IMG/VR virus record: IMGVR_UViG_3300009873_000007
Coordinates: 9,693-73,692 of that record
Reading direction: 5' to 3' (one strand)
Origin: a virus
Taxonomy: Duplodnaviria > Caudoviricetes
Length of the DNA: 64,000 nt
The notes below the pieces were generated by a model, which was given only the letters and a program-made list of their open reading frames with translations, was not told where the DNA came from and searched no databases. The position numbers and the translations under genes are program-made. Below are positions 1 to 9,623 of this stretch, piece by piece; position 1 is the stretch's first letter, and every line of letters starts with the position of its first letter.

Positions 1-2
1 CC

Positions 3-293
3 GACATCCTTAATCAATGGCTGCAAGGTGCGCCAGCGCCGCAAGTCACCACGAACGGACATGCCAACGGCAATGGTGTGCTACTCGAACAACTCCACAA
101 ACTAGGCGGCGAGCTATACGGCGATCAGTGGACGCAGGTATGCCGCCACAATGCCGAACGCATCAGCAACGGTGTGACCGTAGACGCCAACGCACTGAAC
201 ACCGAACAGGTGCAAAAGCTCATCAATGGACTGCAAAGCCTGAAGCGCAAACGACAAGCGCCGGATAACGCATTAGAACAGGAGGCAGCGTAA
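3..293 (+). CDS. C-terminal fragment of a phage protein, possibly recombination-related (5' truncated by window)
   Basis: Frame is open from the window start (DILNQWLQGAPAPQ...) to TAA at 291-293, abutting ssb; position suggests a recombination gene, function unproven. Confidence 0.4.
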   Translation, partial: DILNQWLQGAPAPQVTTNGHANGNGVLLEQLHKLGGELYGDQWTQVCRHNAERISNGVTVDANALNTEQVQKLINGLQSLKRKRQAPDNALEQEAA

Positions 294-701
294 GTGTTCC
301 AGCAAACAACTTTAGTCGGCAATGTCGGTAATCCACCGGACATGAGATATACACCCAGCGGTGTACCGGTTTGTACGTTCTCACTAGCTGTCAATAAGTC
401 TTGGATGGATGCCAACGGCAATAAGCAGGATAAAACAACGTGGTGGCGTGTGACCTGTTGGCGCAAGCTGGCCGAAACTGTAAGCCAGTATGTGACCAAA
501 GGAATGCGGGTGCTGGTGGTGGGTGAGGATGTAGAAGCCAGAGCCTACACCAACAGAGCCGGTGAAGCCGCTGCCAGTTTGGAAATCACGGCAAACGTGG
601 TGCGCTTCCTCAGTGCCAAGAATGAGAACAACCACGGCGCAGAATCAGCGCCACAGGCTGTACAGGATGCACCTGGCAGCGATATGGATGTGCCTTTTTG
701 A
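294..701 (+). CDS. ssb: Single-stranded DNA-binding protein
   Basis: LVGNVGNPPDMRYTPSG N-terminus, TTWWRVTCW motif, acidic DVPF C-terminal tip. Confidence 0.95.
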   Translation: MFQQTTLVGNVGNPPDMRYTPSGVPVCTFSLAVNKSWMDANGNKQDKTTWWRVTCWRKLAETVSQYVTKGMRVLVVGEDVEARAYTNRAGEAAASLEITANVVRFLSAKNENNHGAESAPQAVQDAPGSDMDVPF

Positions 702-710
702 GATAAGCAG

Positions 711-1146
711 ATGAATCAGAAAGAATGCTTTGTTTGTCACCAAATGAAATCGTTAACCGAGTTTTACCGCCACCCTCGGATGGGAGATGGACATCTCAAC
801 AAGTGCAAGGAATGTACCAAGAGAGATGTCAAGAACAACTATGCTGCACGCAGAGAACATTACTCGGCATACGAACACGAACGCAACCAAGAACCTGAGC
901 GTAAACGCAAGAGGCTTGACTATCAAAGAACACGTCGCCTGCGTTTTCCTGAGAAATACAAGGCACGACAGGCGGTAAGTAATGCACTGCGGACGCATTG
1001 ATCGTCAACCGTGTCACTTTTGCGGCAATCACGAATCGCAAGCACACCACACGGATTACAGCAAGCCGCTGGACGTGGAATGGGTATGCTTCAAGTGCCA
1101 TCGGGAACATTATCACGGTCAGACGGTAGTTGCAGAAACTTTTTGA
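711..1146 (+). pseudogene. Frameshifted HNH-type Zn-binding endonuclease
   Basis: 711-1001 stops after [11 protein letters not shown]; the +1 frame from about 991 continues [35 protein letters not shown] to TGA 1144-1146, completing the usual domain. Confidence 0.75.
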
Positions 1147-1240
1147 TATTGATTCTCGCCTACTCGTGACAAGCGTTGGCCGTGAAGCTGCCGGACATTC
1201 GCCAACAATCCGGCATAGACGGTAGGTGGGATGACCAAAG

Positions 1241-1477
1241 GTGATGACCATGAACCTAGATTTTGCGCCACTAGATGAAGCGTTTGATCTTGACGATTAC
1301 GAATGGATGAACCGCAACGCACCCAACCACATGGCCGCTATCGAGCGCATGTTGGCACAAGGCGCAACAATTGAGCAGATTAAAGAACGTGCGCAGCGCC
1401 GGGTGCATATCAATCGGGAACCATTCGTCAAACGGTGCGAAGGTGCGGCACGGTACGTGATGAGCCGGAGAGGGTGA
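1241..1477 (+). CDS. Hypothetical protein
   Basis: 78-aa ORF packed in operon with GGTG RBS-like leader. Confidence 0.6.
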   Translation: MMTMNLDFAPLDEAFDLDDYEWMNRNAPNHMAAIERMLAQGATIEQIKERAQRRVHINREPFVKRCEGAARYVMSRRG

Positions 1478-1480
1478 GCT

Positions 1481-2146
1481 ATGACGAATGAAGTGTTAGC
1501 CTTGAATGAACATAATCGACTGGTAGAATTAGAGCGAACGATTGAAGCGGGACTAAAGACATTTGTAATTGTTGGTTCGGCACTGATTGAAATCAACAAT
1601 GGTCGTCTATACCGTTCTACACATGATACATTCGAGCGTTATTTGGCCGACCGATGGCCCGATATCAGTAGACGACGGGCCTATCAATTGATGGACACTG
1701 CCGCAGTAGTTGGCAATATCACCGACGATGTGAAAAATTTTTCACATCGTGAATCCCATGTTGCTCCACTTGCCCAACTCCCGGCTGATATTCAACCAGA
1801 GGTGTTTAAGAAGGCGGTAGAGACAGCACCTAACGGCAAGGTCACAGCCAAGCACGTTGAACGCACGGTCAAGGCATATCAGCGACAATCAGAGCCGGAT
1901 GAAGATAAGCAGTTTTTAGACGAGTTAGCGGGGGATGGTTACGAATGGTCAGATGACCAAGAAAAGGAGGATAAGCCGGCCATCGAACTAGACGAGGAAG
2001 AACAACGCAACGCATATTTTTTTGGGTTATTTCAGGACGGGGAACGGCTATATAACCACTGGTTTGACGCCGAATTACCAGAGAGTCGCAAGAAGTACCG
2101 AGAGCAGTTGTGTGCGTTGATGGAACGTGTTGATAAGGAAAGATGA
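1481..2146 (+). CDS. Conserved phage protein (LxELExxIxxG...VGxAL...RLY...TFExY motif)
   Basis: N-terminal motif typical of phage DUF3102-like/methylase-associated proteins; acidic C-terminus. Confidence 0.65.
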   Translation: MTNEVLALNEHNRLVELERTIEAGLKTFVIVGSALIEINNGRLYRSTHDTFERYLADRWPDISRRRAYQLMDTAAVVGNITDDVKNFSHRESHVAPLAQLPADIQPEVFKKAVETAPNGKVTAKHVERTVKAYQRQSEPDEDKQFLDELAGDGYEWSDDQEKEDKPAIELDEEEQRNAYFFGLFQDGERLYNHWFDAELPESRKKYREQLCALMERVDKER

Positions 2147-2149
2147 GAG

Positions 2150-2947
2150 ATGCTAAACAATCCAGTGTACATCATCCACGAAACAACAGATTATGACAAG
2201 TTTCACGTTGATAAGACCAACCGACCTATCAAGTATGGTCATTTGCAGCGCATGAAAGCCGCTATCCGTGAAAAAAATTTCTTGTCTGAATTTCCGATTG
2301 TTGTTGATGCCGATATGAATCTGTTGGATGGTCAACACAGACTGGCGGCAGCTAGAGAGTTGGATGTACCGGTCTATTACATCGTATCAAATACGATGCG
2401 CTTGCGAGATGTGCCGGGAGTCAATGACGTTCATTTGGGCTGGACACAGCCCGATCATCTGCATCACTACGTCGAAAAGAGCTATCCTGACTATATCGCC
2501 TTGCAGCGATTTACCCAACAGTTCCCCGAAATCAAACTGAGCGATGCGATTGAACTTTGCCACCTGAACGGCAACAAAGATGGTGGCTGGTATGGCGATA
2601 TTGCGCTTGGCAAAAAACAGGTTATCGCCATGTTTGTTGCCGGTGATTACACCGTCAACAACCTCCCTTTTGCCGAAAAGGTGGCGTCAGCCGTGCGTGA
2701 TTTCAAAGTGTATATGAAGACGCACTACAAGCAACGTCAGTTTGTTCGAGCTATCGCCAACCTCATTGCTCACCCTCAATATGATCACGGTCGCATGATG
2801 CAAAAAATGGAATACCTCAGCGCAAAGTTGCGGCCATGCGTCTCTACATCTGACTATCTGCTCCTCCTGAGCGAAATCTATAATTACAAAGTCAGACCAA
2901 AGGACGTAGTTGAGTTCAAGATTCGTGGCAAGAAAGAAACGGTGTAG
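2150..2947 (+). CDS. ParB/Srx N-terminal domain protein
   Basis: NRPI...PIVVD...LLDGQHRLAAARELDVPV motif. Confidence 0.75.
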   Translation: MLNNPVYIIHETTDYDKFHVDKTNRPIKYGHLQRMKAAIREKNFLSEFPIVVDADMNLLDGQHRLAAARELDVPVYYIVSNTMRLRDVPGVNDVHLGWTQPDHLHHYVEKSYPDYIALQRFTQQFPEIKLSDAIELCHLNGNKDGGWYGDIALGKKQVIAMFVAGDYTVNNLPFAEKVASAVRDFKVYMKTHYKQRQFVRAIANLIAHPQYDHGRMMQKMEYLSAKLRPCVSTSDYLLLLSEIYNYKVRPKDVVEFKIRGKKETV

Positions 2948-2978
2948 GTCAAAACCCCAGTAGATTTGGAGAAGCAAC

Positions 2979-4010
2979 ATGGCACGCAGGATGATTGATG
3001 CCTCTCTTTGGCAAAGTGAAAGTTTCGCAGAATTGCCGTTTGGTGCAAGGCTGCTTCAGGTCGGCATGATAAATTTGGCCGATGATCAAGGCCGCATCAA
3101 AGCGCATCCTTCATACCTGCGTGCGCAAATATTCCCGTATGACGATATTCCAAACGCCGAGATCCAATCTTGGCTAGAAATGATTCACCGTCACGAAACC
3201 ATCATCCTATACACCGTGGACGGCAAACAATTCGCACAATTAACCAACTGGTGGAAGTATCAATCCCTTCAGTATGCGCAGCCGTCGCAATATCCCCGAC
3301 CCGAAGGCTGGCAGGATCGCATTCGCAAGACCTTTACCAAAGGCAACATCGTTACTTGCAACTGGTACACCGTAGACGGCAACCGGGTGGAAGATACCTG
3401 CGACATGGATGGAAACCCATTACCAAAGGTTGTCAAAACGCCGTCAGTACCGTCCACCCCATCCACTAATGGTGTATCTGCCCAACATTCAGCTACAGTA
3501 TCACCTGTTTATTCACCTGAATCATCACCTGAAGATACAAGATTAACTAAAGATAAAGAAGAAATTACAACTACACTACCATGCGCGCGCGGGGCGGAAC
3601 CGGAAGAACAGCCGAACAATGGTGGTGGTAGTGGTGGCGCTTCGCTTCTGGAACCACCAAAACTGGCTAATCGGCAAAACGATCCTGATTATGCGAAGGT
3701 TTGCACCGCTATTGAAAGCAATGGCTTTGGGTTTATGACGCCGTTTTTGGCTGAGGAGGTTGGCGAATTACTCAACGAATACCCGCTTCAGTGGATTTTG
3801 GATGCCATGCGGGTATCGGTTGAAGCCAACAAGCGCCAAATGCGCTATGTGCGGGGCATCCTGCGGAAATGGAGGGCTGACGGTCGTGATCCGTCACAGT
3901 CGGCAGTTTCGCAGGTGCAATCATCGTCACCGGCGCAGCCTGAAGTGTTCGTCATGCCCGCCGCCGCCCGTGTGCTTCGTGACCGTGCGCAAAGTCTTTC
4001 GCTACAGTAG
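2979..4010 (+). CDS. Phage replication initiator with C-terminal DnaD-like domain
   Basis: N-terminal RMI..SLW...ARLL..GMI..ADDQGR replisome-organiser motif; C-terminal WILDAM...YVRGILRKW; directly upstream of helicase. Confidence 0.85.
   Translation: MARRMIDASLWQSESFAELPFGARLLQVGMINLADDQGRIKAHPSYLRAQIFPYDDIPNAEIQSWLEMIHRHETIILYTVDGKQFAQLTNWWKYQSLQYAQPSQYPRPEGWQDRIRKTFTKGNIVTCNWYTVDGNRVEDTCDMDGNPLPKVVKTPSVPSTPSTNGVSAQHSATVSPVYSPESSPEDTRLTKDKEEITTTLPCARGAEPEEQPNNGGGSGGASLLEPPKLANRQNDPDYAKVCTAIESNGFGFMTPFLAEEVGELLNEYPLQWILDAMRVSVEANKRQMRYVRGILRKWRADGRDPSQSAVSQVQSSSPAQPEVFVMPAAARVLRDRAQSLSLQ
3501..3570. other. Candidate replication origin inside initiator gene
   Basis: TCACCTG at 3501, 3513, 3525 (12-bp period) followed by an A-rich tract, as for lambdoid ori within the initiator gene. 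Confidence 0.4.
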
Positions 4011-4018
4011 GAGGGATT

Positions 4019-5380
4019 ATGTCTGCTGGTTTGCCGTATCCTGCGAATCTGGAAGCTGAACAAGCCGTTCTCGGTTCAATTATGATTGACCCGGAACTGA
4101 TGACAGTGATTGAGCTAAACGATAAAGATTTTTTTGGAGAGCGTCATCAGGTCATCTATCAGTCGATGCGCAGTTTGTGGGATAGCGGAATGCCGATTGA
4201 CTTTACGCTACTCACAGATGAGATTGAACGTACCGGTAAACTAGGAACGATTGTTACCACCAGCGATCTATCATCGCTGCTCGACAACACGCCAACGGCG
4301 CTGTACGGCCAGCACTACGCAGCGATTGTCAAGCGTGCGTCAATTGCTCGTCAGTACATCTATATGGCGCAAAAGCTAGTAGAGATGGCATTTGAGGATC
4401 AGAATGTTGATACGCTGTACTCGTGGATTATGGAGCAGGTTGCCATTATCAACAGTGGCAAGACCGACGACAAGGCGCTGATGTTGTGGGAAGAATCGTT
4501 TGAGGTCTTTCGTCAGATTTTAGCAGAGCAACAAGCACGATTAGACGAAGGTGATGCCGGTTGGACATGGCCGTGGGATTCTTGGACAAGCATTTTAGGT
4601 GAGGCGCAGCCAGGTATGCCGGTGCTAGGCGCAGCGGCTACCGGTGTTGGCAAAACAACATTTGTGGAATGTATTGCCGAACACTGGGCAAGACAGGGTA
4701 AGCGGGTGGTCATTGTTCATCTGGAATTGAACCGCAAAATCATGTTGGCACGGCGCATGACCCGGCACACAGCGATTGATGTACGCTCTATTCTGAGTGG
4801 TAAGTTAGTGCCGGCGCAAATGCAGGTGATTGACCAAGCCGATAGATTTATGCAGGACTGGATCGGCAATATTCACTACTTGCACGCTCCGGGGTGGAGT
4901 GCAGAGCGTATCGTCAAGGAATTGACCAAACTGTATGAGCAGGGCGCTTGCGATGGTTTTTTGATTGATTATATGCAAAAGGTACAGCCAAGCCAGAATC
5001 AAGTGCGTATGTTCCGTGACAATATCTATGCTCGGCAAGCCGACGATGCCGAACGGTTTAAGACGCTGGCAGAATCCAAAGAGATACGATGTTTTCTTTT
5101 AAGCCAGCTGACCAAAGAGGCACAAGACATCCAGTTTGATTTGCTATCGCTGTCGAATCTACGAGGTACGCAAGAAGTAGCGGATAAGGTCAATGTGGTG
5201 GCTTTGTTCCACCGGCAAACGTTAGCCGCCGGCAAGGTTGACGAGAATGGTAGAGAGTTGGTGCGGGCTGGTGGATTAGATGTGATTGTACGCACCAAGA
5301 TTGACAAAAATACGCTTGGTGAACATGGCGCAATTGAGCAGGTGATTGTGCCGGAGCAGTTCAATATCTTTGATAAGTGA
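4019..5380 (+). CDS. dnaB: DnaB-like replicative helicase
   Basis: PANLEAEQAVLGSIM N-terminus, Walker A AATGVGKT, IDYMQ, LSQL motifs. Confidence 0.9.
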   Translation: MSAGLPYPANLEAEQAVLGSIMIDPELMTVIELNDKDFFGERHQVIYQSMRSLWDSGMPIDFTLLTDEIERTGKLGTIVTTSDLSSLLDNTPTALYGQHYAAIVKRASIARQYIYMAQKLVEMAFEDQNVDTLYSWIMEQVAIINSGKTDDKALMLWEESFEVFRQILAEQQARLDEGDAGWTWPWDSWTSILGEAQPGMPVLGAAATGVGKTTFVECIAEHWARQGKRVVIVHLELNRKIMLARRMTRHTAIDVRSILSGKLVPAQMQVIDQADRFMQDWIGNIHYLHAPGWSAERIVKELTKLYEQGACDGFLIDYMQKVQPSQNQVRMFRDNIYARQADDAERFKTLAESKEIRCFLLSQLTKEAQDIQFDLLSLSNLRGTQEVADKVNVVALFHRQTLAAGKVDENGRELVRAGGLDVIVRTKIDKNTLGEHGAIEQVIVPEQFNIFDK

Positions 5381-5384
5381 GGTT

Positions 5385-5726
5385 ATGAGATACACAATCG
5401 ATTTACCATATCCGCCTAGCAGCAATCGGTACTGGCGCAACTGGAATGGCCGCATGGTCAAATCCGACGAGGCGAGAAACTACCAGACGCAAGCCGGATG
5501 GTGCGCAAAAGCTGCCGGCGTTGAATTGTTCGATGGTAACGTGGCGCTGGAATTGCACCTGTACCGGCCACAGAAGCGGGGCGATCTTGATAATCGTATA
5601 AAGGTGCTTTTGGATTCCTTACAGGGTGTCTGCTTCGATAACGATAGTCAGGTTGTAGAACTACATGCGTTTCTAAATGACGATAAGCACAATCCACGGG
5701 TAGAAGTCACGATTTGGGGAAAATAA
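5385..5726 (+). CDS. rusA: RusA-like Holliday junction resolvase
   Basis: LPYPPSSNRYWR, RGDLDNRIKVLLDSL, NDSQV motifs; start moved to ATG 5385. Confidence 0.9.
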   Translation: MRYTIDLPYPPSSNRYWRNWNGRMVKSDEARNYQTQAGWCAKAAGVELFDGNVALELHLYRPQKRGDLDNRIKVLLDSLQGVCFDNDSQVVELHAFLNDDKHNPRVEVTIWGK

Positions 5727-5728
5727 CC

Positions 5729-6892
5729 ATGCACTTATCCATCAACCAACCAACCCTACAGAAAGCCTTATCACTCGTCAGCAAAGCCGTCAATCCCCGT
5801 TCGTCGCTGCCAGTGTTGTCGAATGTGTTGCTCGAAGCCACCGAAGACGGTCTACGCATCGCAGCGACCAACCGAGCTATAGCGATCAGCGTGTGGTGTG
5901 TTGCCGAGGTTAAAGAGCCAGGTAGCACCACAGTACCGGCGAGATTGTTTCAGGAGTTCATCAATAGCCTGCCAGGTGAGGCTGTGTGGATGGAATTGAA
6001 TAGCCGCACAGAGACGCTACGGGTATCGACACGTCGCAACAATGCCAACATCAAAGGCATTAGTGCTGAGGATTTTCCGATCCTCCCGACCATCGGCAGT
6101 AGCGCAATCGAGTTGGATGCAACCATACTCACCAGTATGATCGACAGCGTAACTTTTGCGGCCAGTGGTGATGAGTCAAGGCTGACACTAACAGGCGTGC
6201 TAGTCTCTGTGGATGTTGAAACCGGTGCTGGTATCGAGATGGCGGCCACTGACGGCTATCGATTGGCGACACGCAGCAATTTGCCGTTAGACACGAGTAG
6301 CATTATCAGTAGTGTGATTGTGCCATCGTCGCATCTTGACCACCTCTCTAAGCTGATGAGAGAAGCCGATAGCGCCGCCGCTGTTGGTTGTGAGATTAGC
6401 CAGGAGCGAAGCCAAATCATTTTTGATCTGACCTGCGATGCCGTCACGACAGGATTGCAGCGTATCGAGTTGAGTAGTGAGTTGATTGACGCCAAATACC
6501 CCGACTACATGATGATTGTGCCGAAAACGTGTGACACCTCGGTCACAGTGACAACCGCAGAATTACTAAATGCACTGAAGGTTGCGGCTCTGTTTGCTCG
6601 TGACGATAGTTTTCGTGTGTTCCTGCGTGTCCACGGCGGAGGTGTGGAAGTCAAGGCCACATCTCCGCACATGGGCGACTCGTGCAATGAGGTGGCGGCC
6701 ACGGTGGAAGGCGATGGGCTAGAAATCGTCTTTGACGTGCGATACCTGATTGAGTCGTTGAATCATGTCAATGCCGATTCTGTGCGAGTTGAGTTCACGC
6801 ACCCCACACGACCGGCACAACTGTGCCCATCGGGAATGGAGTTTGAGAACTGGCGTCATGTGGTCATGCCGATGTTTCCGGGGAACCGATGA
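5729..6892 (+). CDS. dnaN: DNA polymerase III beta sliding clamp
   Basis: SLPVLSNVLL, SAEDFP, ATDGYRL, KYPDY and terminal VVMPM motifs; full length. Confidence 0.93.
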   Translation: MHLSINQPTLQKALSLVSKAVNPRSSLPVLSNVLLEATEDGLRIAATNRAIAISVWCVAEVKEPGSTTVPARLFQEFINSLPGEAVWMELNSRTETLRVSTRRNNANIKGISAEDFPILPTIGSSAIELDATILTSMIDSVTFAASGDESRLTLTGVLVSVDVETGAGIEMAATDGYRLATRSNLPLDTSSIISSVIVPSSHLDHLSKLMREADSAAAVGCEISQERSQIIFDLTCDAVTTGLQRIELSSELIDAKYPDYMMIVPKTCDTSVTVTTAELLNALKVAALFARDDSFRVFLRVHGGGVEVKATSPHMGDSCNEVAATVEGDGLEIVFDVRYLIESLNHVNADSVRVEFTHPTRPAQLCPSGMEFENWRHVVMPMFPGNR

Positions 6893-7167
6893 TGAGCAAC
6901 GAATTGACCAACGCTGAACGTGAGACGCATTTATCAATGATGGCAGATGACCGCAGCGTGTGGGTAGTATTCAGTGATGATCCTGTGATGATGCGGCATT
7001 TTGATAAGGTTGCCGAGGCTATCAAAGTTGTGGGCGCTGGCAAACAATACAAACTGCGTGCCGATCAACTTTCTTTCCGTAAAGGCAAGAAACAGCTATC
7101 GGAGACGCAAAAGGCACAATTAGCCGCCCGTATGCGTGCGTTGCGCCAAAACACAGTACGTGCTTAG
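6889..7167 (+). CDS. Hypothetical protein
   Basis: ATGA overlap with dnaN; 92 aa. Confidence 0.65.
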   Translation: MMSNELTNAERETHLSMMADDRSVWVVFSDDPVMMRHFDKVAEAIKVVGAGKQYKLRADQLSFRKGKKQLSETQKAQLAARMRALRQNTVRA

Positions 7168-7252
7168 AGAAAACAGGCAAACAGGGCATTCTGGAGGAGA
7201 AGCGGCGACTAGGGTCAGCGATTGCACCAACATTGTTTGATGTGGAAATGGT

Positions 7253-7501
7253 ATGAGCGAACCGTGGGAGATTGAATTAAACGGTCATATCGAGCTATTG
7301 CACTTTGCGAACGGCACGTTCGAGGAGTACATACCATATCTGGCGGCCAAACAGATGATAGCGGCGTTGCATGAGCGGATAGCCGAGTTGGAGCGGCAAA
7401 CGCAATGGCAGCCAGTGTCGGAGGATGTGTTGATCCATGCAAACGCTTATATCGCAGGGGTGTTTATGTCGCCGTGGAAGATTTGCCGTAAGGTGAGATG
7501 A
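7253..7501 (+). CDS. Hypothetical protein
   Basis: 82-aa ORF in operon. Confidence 0.55.
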   Translation: MSEPWEIELNGHIELLHFANGTFEEYIPYLAAKQMIAALHERIAELERQTQWQPVSEDVLIHANAYIAGVFMSPWKICRKVR

Positions 7502-7836
7502 TGATAACTAAACTCCTGTCAACTATCCTGATTTTAACTTTCGTAATCCACATCCGCATCTATGCCGATCTCAATGTCAACGGTCAGCAAGACGATAACG
7601 AACCATATCTGGCCGGTGTCCCTGTTGGTGTCCACAACTTCGATACCGGCACAATCATCACCGGTACATCAAATGAGACTGGCGAGTTTATCTCACAAAG
7701 CAGCGAGTATGGTATCTGGCAAGTCACCGCTAGTTGCCACTGGATACGGTTGCGAGTGACGCCAGATGATGAGTTTGGCCTACTGGCGAGTGTTGGCGTT
7801 ACTGAGTGCGTGTGGATGCCGGTGGTGCGCAAATGA
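7498..7836 (+). CDS. Secreted protein with SdrD-B/Cna-B-like motif
   Basis: Hydrophobic N-terminus; IYADLNVNGQQDDNEPYLAGVPV; C-terminal WMPVVRK. Confidence 0.55.
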   Translation: MMITKLLSTILILTFVIHIRIYADLNVNGQQDDNEPYLAGVPVGVHNFDTGTIITGTSNETGEFISQSSEYGIWQVTASCHWIRLRVTPDDEFGLLASVGVTECVWMPVVRK

Positions 7837-8096
7837 CACCTCACCTCGCTTGTCCACTAACCGATGCCACAGCGCCACTCTATGACGAACTCTACGCTAT
7901 CAAGGCGCAATGGCGGCAAGAGACGGATCACCTGAAGCGATTAGCGTTACTGACGGTACTAGGCAAACTGACCCAACAACTCTGGAGGGAATCACGCAAT
8001 GGCAATCACTCTACCATCAATGACCGATCTCAAGAAAACCAGTCTCAACATTGCCGACAACGAGATGCGCAAGTTGGCGCAGACGCAGCAAGGTAG
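7833..8096 (+). CDS. Hypothetical protein
   Basis: ATGA overlap with the previous gene, but about 98-nt overlap with the next ORF. Confidence 0.4.
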   Translation: MTPHLACPLTDATAPLYDELYAIKAQWRQETDHLKRLALLTVLGKLTQQLWRESRNGNHSTINDRSQENQSQHCRQRDAQVGADAAR

Positions 8097-8244
8097 TCTG
8101 TCGCTACAGTATCATCTTGAGTCGGACACCTGGCATGGTACGATTGTAGGCGCATTCGGCTTGCGTACGGCGCACGGTGGGATTGTGGAGGTGATAGCCA
8201 GCCTACAGCGGATGCACGAGGATCGGATGAAAGAATCCGCATAA
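7999..8244 (+). CDS. Hypothetical protein
   Basis: GGAGGGA RBS upstream; 81 aa. Confidence 0.55.
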   Translation: MAITLPSMTDLKKTSLNIADNEMRKLAQTQQGSLSLQYHLESDTWHGTIVGAFGLRTAHGGIVEVIASLQRMHEDRMKESA

Positions 8245-8266
8245 TGCGTTGCATGAATTTTCGTTA

Positions 8267-8295
8267 TTGTCAAGCGGCATAAATCGTGTTATGAT
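8267..8295 (+). promoter_or_regulatory. sigma70-like promoter at start of late region
   Basis: TTGTCA-17 nt-TATGAT with extended TG. Confidence 0.6.
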
Positions 8296-8307
8296 AGAGG
8301 TGCAGGT

Positions 8308-8502
8308 GTGGAGCAGGGATACAAAGACGAGCGAATGAACCGAATCGCTCAACAATTGTTGGATAGGCTCATTCAGGATTTGACCAAAGAACTGCTGCCA
8401 CTCCTGAAAAGTGATTGTCGATTTAAGGTTGAGATCAACAGTGGTAGCGAAAGAACCGTTGAGAAGCCGATAGGATTTGCTATCACGAAGCATATCAACT
8501 AA
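8308..8502 (+). CDS. Small protein heading the late operon
   Basis: GAGGTG RBS, 64 aa, followed by AACTGAATAG and a terminator-like hairpin. Confidence 0.6.
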   Translation: MEQGYKDERMNRIAQQLLDRLIQDLTKELLPLLKSDCRFKVEINSGSERTVEKPIGFAITKHIN

Positions 8503-8529
8503 CTGAATAGCTGCGTAAACGGTAAAGCG

Positions 8530-8576
8530 GGCGCACGTAATGGGGATCACTCCCTGATACGTGCGCCTTTTGTTTT
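8530..8576 (+). terminator. Intrinsic terminator/attenuator
   Basis: GGCGCACGTA...TACGTGCGCC stem followed by TTTTGTTTT. Confidence 0.7.
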
Positions 8577-8697
8577 ACCTGAAAATATACGGATACGCCC
8601 TGCCCAGCGGTTAGCCTTCAGAACTTCACCGCCGAACAGAGCGCAAGGATATGATAAAGCAAGTTTCGTATCCTGGCAAGGCGATGTTTTTTGGACT

Positions 8698-9264
8698 GTG
8701 CCAGGTGTGGATGTGGATGAACAGCATGATGTTACCGGGCGTAACAGCACGATTGGCGGTGATCATGTTGGTGGCACAAAGGCCGGACAGGATTATATCG
8801 AGGGTGAAGTTTCCGTCGAAGGTGACGACGCTCTCACTGTTGTTGGCAAAAACGTTAACCAAGACATCACCAGATTACGTGATCAGGTGGTTGGCGGCAG
8901 CGTCCAGATCAACGTACCCGGCTGGAATCCAACGGTTTCACATGGTCAGGATAGTGGTCGTGGAGACATTAGCGTGAGCGTCGAGGCTGAATTGCGTGGC
9001 GAATTAGGCCGGTTGCGTGACACTATCAATAATCTGGCTGTGCAGGTTGGTCGCCTAGATACGACGTTGGTATTCGAGGTTAAATCGACCGAGGCACGAT
9101 TCGCTAAAATTGAGGAGCTACTAGAGAAGTTTTCTGACATCGCTAAAGAGCCAAGATCGACGCTCGGCACAAACGCATTGTATTCAATTCTTTTTGTGCT
9201 CGGCTTAATCGCTATCCTGTTGGGTATCGGCCTATGGATGTTGGCGAATGGTGGTGGCGTATGA
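8698..9264 (+). CDS. Coiled-coil protein with C-terminal TM helix (holin/lysis candidate)
   Basis: Heptad region then ALYSILFVLGLIAILLGIGLWML. Confidence 0.55.
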   Translation: MPGVDVDEQHDVTGRNSTIGGDHVGGTKAGQDYIEGEVSVEGDDALTVVGKNVNQDITRLRDQVVGGSVQINVPGWNPTVSHGQDSGRGDISVSVEAELRGELGRLRDTINNLAVQVGRLDTTLVFEVKSTEARFAKIEELLEKFSDIAKEPRSTLGTNALYSILFVLGLIAILLGIGLWMLANGGGV

Positions 9265-9623
9265 TGCCGATCCTGTATGACCTGTGGGATCGCCTGATGA
9301 GTATCCCATATGAACTATGGCAGACGCTCATCTACAACGGCCTCGCCGTGTGGACGTTTGTAGCTGCCGCCGGTACGGTACTTTGGTATATCAATGTGCG
9401 ACGGGAAGCAGTGACGCTCGGACTGGCATTTTATTTGTTTTTTCAATTCATCAACGTTGTGCTGATTGCACTCTCTACCGGTATTGCTCCGATGTTTGAG
9501 TTAGACGAGTTTCGACCATACATCCTGGCGAGTCGTGGCCTAGTGCTACTGTCATTGCATGTGATTGTGCCGGTTGTGATCTGGCGAGTGATTCAGGCAT
9601 CAAAGCAGCAAGGTGGTGATTAG
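9261..9623 (+). CDS. Three-TM membrane protein (holin candidate)
   Basis: Three hydrophobic segments; overlaps upstream stop. Confidence 0.55.
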   Translation: MMPILYDLWDRLMSIPYELWQTLIYNGLAVWTFVAAAGTVLWYINVRREAVTLGLAFYLFFQFINVVLIALSTGIAPMFELDEFRPYILASRGLVLLSLHVIVPVVIWRVIQASKQQGGD

